DNA of 64,000 nt from Klebsormidium nitens (lineage: Eukaryota; Plantae; Klebsormidiophyceae): assembly GCA_000708835.1 (NCBI GenBank), contig DF237295.1, forward strand, positions 1 to 64,000. Direction: 5' to 3'. The translations under genes and the position numbers were made by a program. Below the pieces are notes generated by a model, which was not told the origin of the DNA, ran no database searches, and worked only from the letters and a program-made list of their open reading frames with translations. This document shows positions 60,801 to 64,000 of the stretch, one piece after another. Each line of letters begins with the position of its first letter. The stretch's first letter is position 1.

Positions 60801-62675
60801 CGACCGGCACATTGCCTCGGGGTCGCTTCTGGACAAGTTTGCCAACGGAGACGACAACTTCCGGAACCGCCGCTTCAAATTGATACCCAGCATAGAAACG
60901 GTGAGCTTCGATAGGAGCTCCAGGATTAGAGCGGCTTGGAAGCACGAAGTGGTAGCTTCGCATTCTGCGAACGCTTCCTTGAAACGACTTTTCTGCTGAG
61001 CCCACGCATGAGCTTGCCGGCTTAGCATTTTATGCGGCGTAAGGAATGGAAACGATGGCCATCAGCTAGGCGCTACAATCAACTTCCGACTGCTCGAGAC
61101 CCGACCAGCCCGCGCACATTCGCTTTCGATACCCCGTGGATAACAGTCACTCGAGCGCACAGTTGATCAGGACAGCTTGACGTTCTATAGATGCATGGCA
61201 TGGAGTTGTACGATCGAAGTCCTAGTACTCCTCTCCGCTTGATTCTGCCTTTTTTAAAATTGGAAGGCCAGCATAATTCCAACTTTCAAACCCCTTTGAT
61301 CTTGAACCTCTCTCTGTCATTTTCTCAGGGCCCCTTTTTGATAAAGCGCGCGGTGGGCAGCAAGGCGTGCCTACTGGGGCAGGCCCTGACTTGCACGTGG
61401 CATCGTCAGGACAACTATCTCGAAGTAAGCGCCGGTTCGTGCTAGAGTTTGATCCTGGCTCTTAACATCTTTCCGGCTGACTGCTAACACTGCTGTGTCC
61501 GTGTTTCCTCCGCCGTGACTGTTGGTCTGCCTGAGGCGAGTTTTCGGTCGTAGGGAGCCTGGAATCTAGAATAATCATCCCTTGTCCTGGACTCATTGCC
61601 AACGACTGCGGGGAACGATTGAAGCCGGTGTGACTGACGCTTAGAGTGTTGTGTAAGCTTCTTGTGCGAGCCCTTGCGTGCTCTTGAGGTGCTCTGCATC
61701 CGCCGCCGCCCATCTGGATTTCACTCGCCAGACCAGTAGTAAATCAACGTCCTCAACAGATTTATTTTTGCTCCTTCCATAGAAGCTTTTGCCAATCAAT
61801 CTGGACTTATACCTCCTGAAAAGCGCGGATATACAAAATCTGACACTACATTCCTCGGTTCTGTAGAGAGCCCCGTAAGTCGCGTGCCGCTATCTCTGAC
61901 GAAGCTCTTCCATGCGTCACCTCGCTGCAGATGGATGTCGACATTGGGTCCTCCTCGGTGGCAAGAAACATCGTCGGGCTCGTGATTGGATACGTCACAG
62001 GACTCGTAGTCGATCTCGCGGTACTGATACAGGTGAGCAGCGGGGGATCAAAGCCGGCCTGTCTACAACTACAAGACAAACAGCTCCAGGATGTCCTTTG
62101 CACGCAGACACGAAATGAAATGCAAACCCGCCGCGCGGGTTGATTCATTGATCCAAGAGAAGCTTTCGTTGTCTTCTTGTGAACGAATCTGGGATGTTTT
62201 TCATGGTTGAGACCATTGGTATGCGAAATTGCTTATCGGTCTTTCAGAACCAAAGCGGACGAGGACACTCATTGACCACAAATCCTGACGAGCAACGTCT
62301 GCTCCGACTCGCTTGTCTGTGGATGCTGCCTCGATACCCGCCTATCTCAGTCTTGGGTGTGAGAAGACGCCTTTGAGGTCGGATCTGGGTACCAGCCGTG
62401 CGTTGTTTGCGGATTTACTCTGCGCCTCCACTCAAATCTGTCAGTCTGTTATTCTTCGTCTCTTGTCGCATGAGGACTGAACTTGTATTTGCTTCCACAT
62501 GCTTTACTTGCTGTTTCGGACGAGAGCAGATCTTGAGACAAGAAGATGCCGTAACGCTACAAGCTTTCCGCAGGGTGAGGACGAGGAGACAGAGCTGCCC
62601 GAGTATATACTCGGCGCCATTCGCATTCAGTACCTCAAAGTGTCGTCAGCCGTACCTTTCAAGCACCTAAATTAG
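51802..62675 (+). CDS. EDR2: EDR2-like lipid-binding protein (PH + START + DUF1336/EDR2_C), 20 exons, ~716 aa if one missing base in exon 10 is restored
   Basis: Exons 51802-51884, 52484-52550, 52904-53032, 53350-53415, 53843-53883, 54294-54376, 54800-54913, 55121-55155, 55468-55562, 56157-56316 (frameshift near 56250-56265), 56724-56798, 57251-57412, 58266-58474, 58949-59185, 59607-59708, 60212-60259, 60757-60900, 61329-61424, 61931-62032, 62574-62675. PH: GWLMHFG..RFVVLEGR..KWLNALE; START: WRLLKLENGLRIY, LKAVGVIEAP, IDGHTD, RDFCLARYWRRDPDG; EDR2_C: FKVRGKTY, VDWF, FVINLQVPG, FRNRRFKLIP, NYLEMDVDIGSSSVA, ELPEYILGAIR. The start could extend upstream toward the gap. Confidence 0.92.
56923..57228. 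repeat. Two-unit ~154-bp tandem duplication in EDR2 intron 11
   Basis: The unit GAGCGGAAGCAA(T/C)GATAG...AGATACTTTTCCCTG(G/T)CAGCTTCGAGCTTCTCTGCC...TCCTCCCGCGACTCCCTGCTTGGGGC...AAAGGAACCG starts at 56923 and again at 57077. Confidence 0.9.
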
Positions 62676-64000
62676 CTCGATCCGCAACGAAGAGCGGGTA
62701 TGTATGATCTTGTGCACCTAGCTGGATGTTGCACGTGCGAGTTACCGCAGGTTGTCAAAGAGTTGCAATTGTCTCAATCGTGAGGGCTTCGCGATGTTGT
62801 CTTACTACAGATGAGTAGCTTGACCATAGGTGTATATTAAGGAAAGGGAAAGCGTCCGGTTCGAAAGCTTTTAGAAACGAGCGCTCGACGGACGCAGTCA
62901 TGTTCTACAGAGTAGGAGGGCTTCCGTTTGCACCGAACCATGTTTAGATTCCTCAGCCGTTAGAAGGACTGTCATACTGGAGCTTGGTCAAGATCGCTGG
63001 GCGCAGGCCTAGGCCTGTCCTAAACACACGCAGCCAAGTGGGCTGCCAATTGCATTGCTAACAACACGAATGATCCAACAATTCACGGCCTTCCTTCCGA
63101 CAATAAGTTCCCTGTATGATGAAACACTATATTACTCTCTGGAATTGCATCTCTGACACAAAACTCACTGAACGTCATGGCAATCAATTGATCGACGTGT
63201 TGTCAATTTTGCACGGATCGATCGTCCTAGGATGCCTAGGCTTAAGACGGCCGCCTCAGGCTGTGGTGACGTGTGATATATCACTGATACGGCATTATTC
63301 TGTGCCCTTCATTCATATTCTCGTTGCGGTTTGAACACGCTCGACTGCAAAGTCACACCCATATAGGCACTCTGTAAATTGGCCATCTTTTCCCAAAAGG
63401 GCGGAAATGAAGCGCGGCGGTTTACAAAACCAAAAAAGAGACTGCATGCAAGCTGTACGCGGAGCCGGCCTGGGCTTGAAAGAAGCACACTAGCTAGCTA
63501 GGCAGATGATCAGTGCAACCTTAGAAGTGACATGAGCCACAACACATGCGCCTGTTAGAAGCAACATTGGCAACGCACTGGATCATGATCAAACGGAGGA
63601 CCTTGGCGGACTCCTGCACTGCATTTAATGCTCATGCTGAGGCTTGAATGCTTGTGACAGGTCAATGGTACGGACGATGGGTCAGAGTCCAAGAAAGCAG
63701 GAATCAAACACCGCGCTGCTAAACTCTCTGCATGAAACGCGCTTCAGTTCTTGCAAGCTGCAGAGGGGCTGGCAAGCCCAGCAAGACTCGACCGCTCTTC
63801 CAGGCCGTCAATAAGTGTGCCGCTTTTTCCGCTTTGGCCGCACATCCTAAGGAAACAATCCGCTGAAGATAGCCAGATGGCTCTCTCAAAATCCTTGGTA
63901 ACAGTCTATGGGAACACTCAAACGAGCTAAGAGAGTTGGGCTCAACCATGCGCTGCAGAGCCTGCTATATCAGGGCCTGGCCATCATCGCTGCTCACAAA

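Noticed and set aside
63950-64000. Possible 3' end of a minus-strand gene (FVSSDDGQALI*) at the window edge
   Set aside because: Too short to support.
1-64000. tRNA, rRNA, CRISPR arrays, prokaryotic operons or defence systems
   Set aside because: None seen; the repeat arrays are degenerate intronic duplications without unique spacers, and the DNA is eukaryotic.

Overview
Eukaryotic, intron-rich, GC-moderate genomic DNA with land-plant-type gene families and intron positions; most likely a streptophyte alga such as Klebsormidium (inference, not verified). I assembled eight multi-exon genes by hand from GT/GC-AG junctions with consistent phases: a MATE/DTX transporter (+), a GT90/CAP10 glycosyltransferase (-), an ATX3/4/5-type H3K4 SET methyltransferase (-), a short JMJD5-like JmjC oxygenase (+), FCF1/UTP24 (-), a PAP17/ACP5-type purple acid phosphatase (+), an uncharacterised two-TM protein (-) and an EDR2-like PH-START-DUF1336 protein (+). 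There is also a 655-N assembly gap. Most notable: (1) the two-TM protein has the topology and motif order of a minimal DEG/ENaC-superfamily channel, a family not known from land plants; (2) in four genes, introns carry degenerate copies of the neighbouring exon end together with its splice site; (3) an intronic 37-bp hairpin pairs better on the transcribed strand; (4) the phosphatase has GDHD in place of GNHD; (5) the JmjC protein has a mitochondrial-type presequence; (6) EDR2 has a 1-nt frameshift. Most ORFs in the supplied track are antisense or intronic artefacts. No tRNA, rRNA or CRISPR array could be supported.
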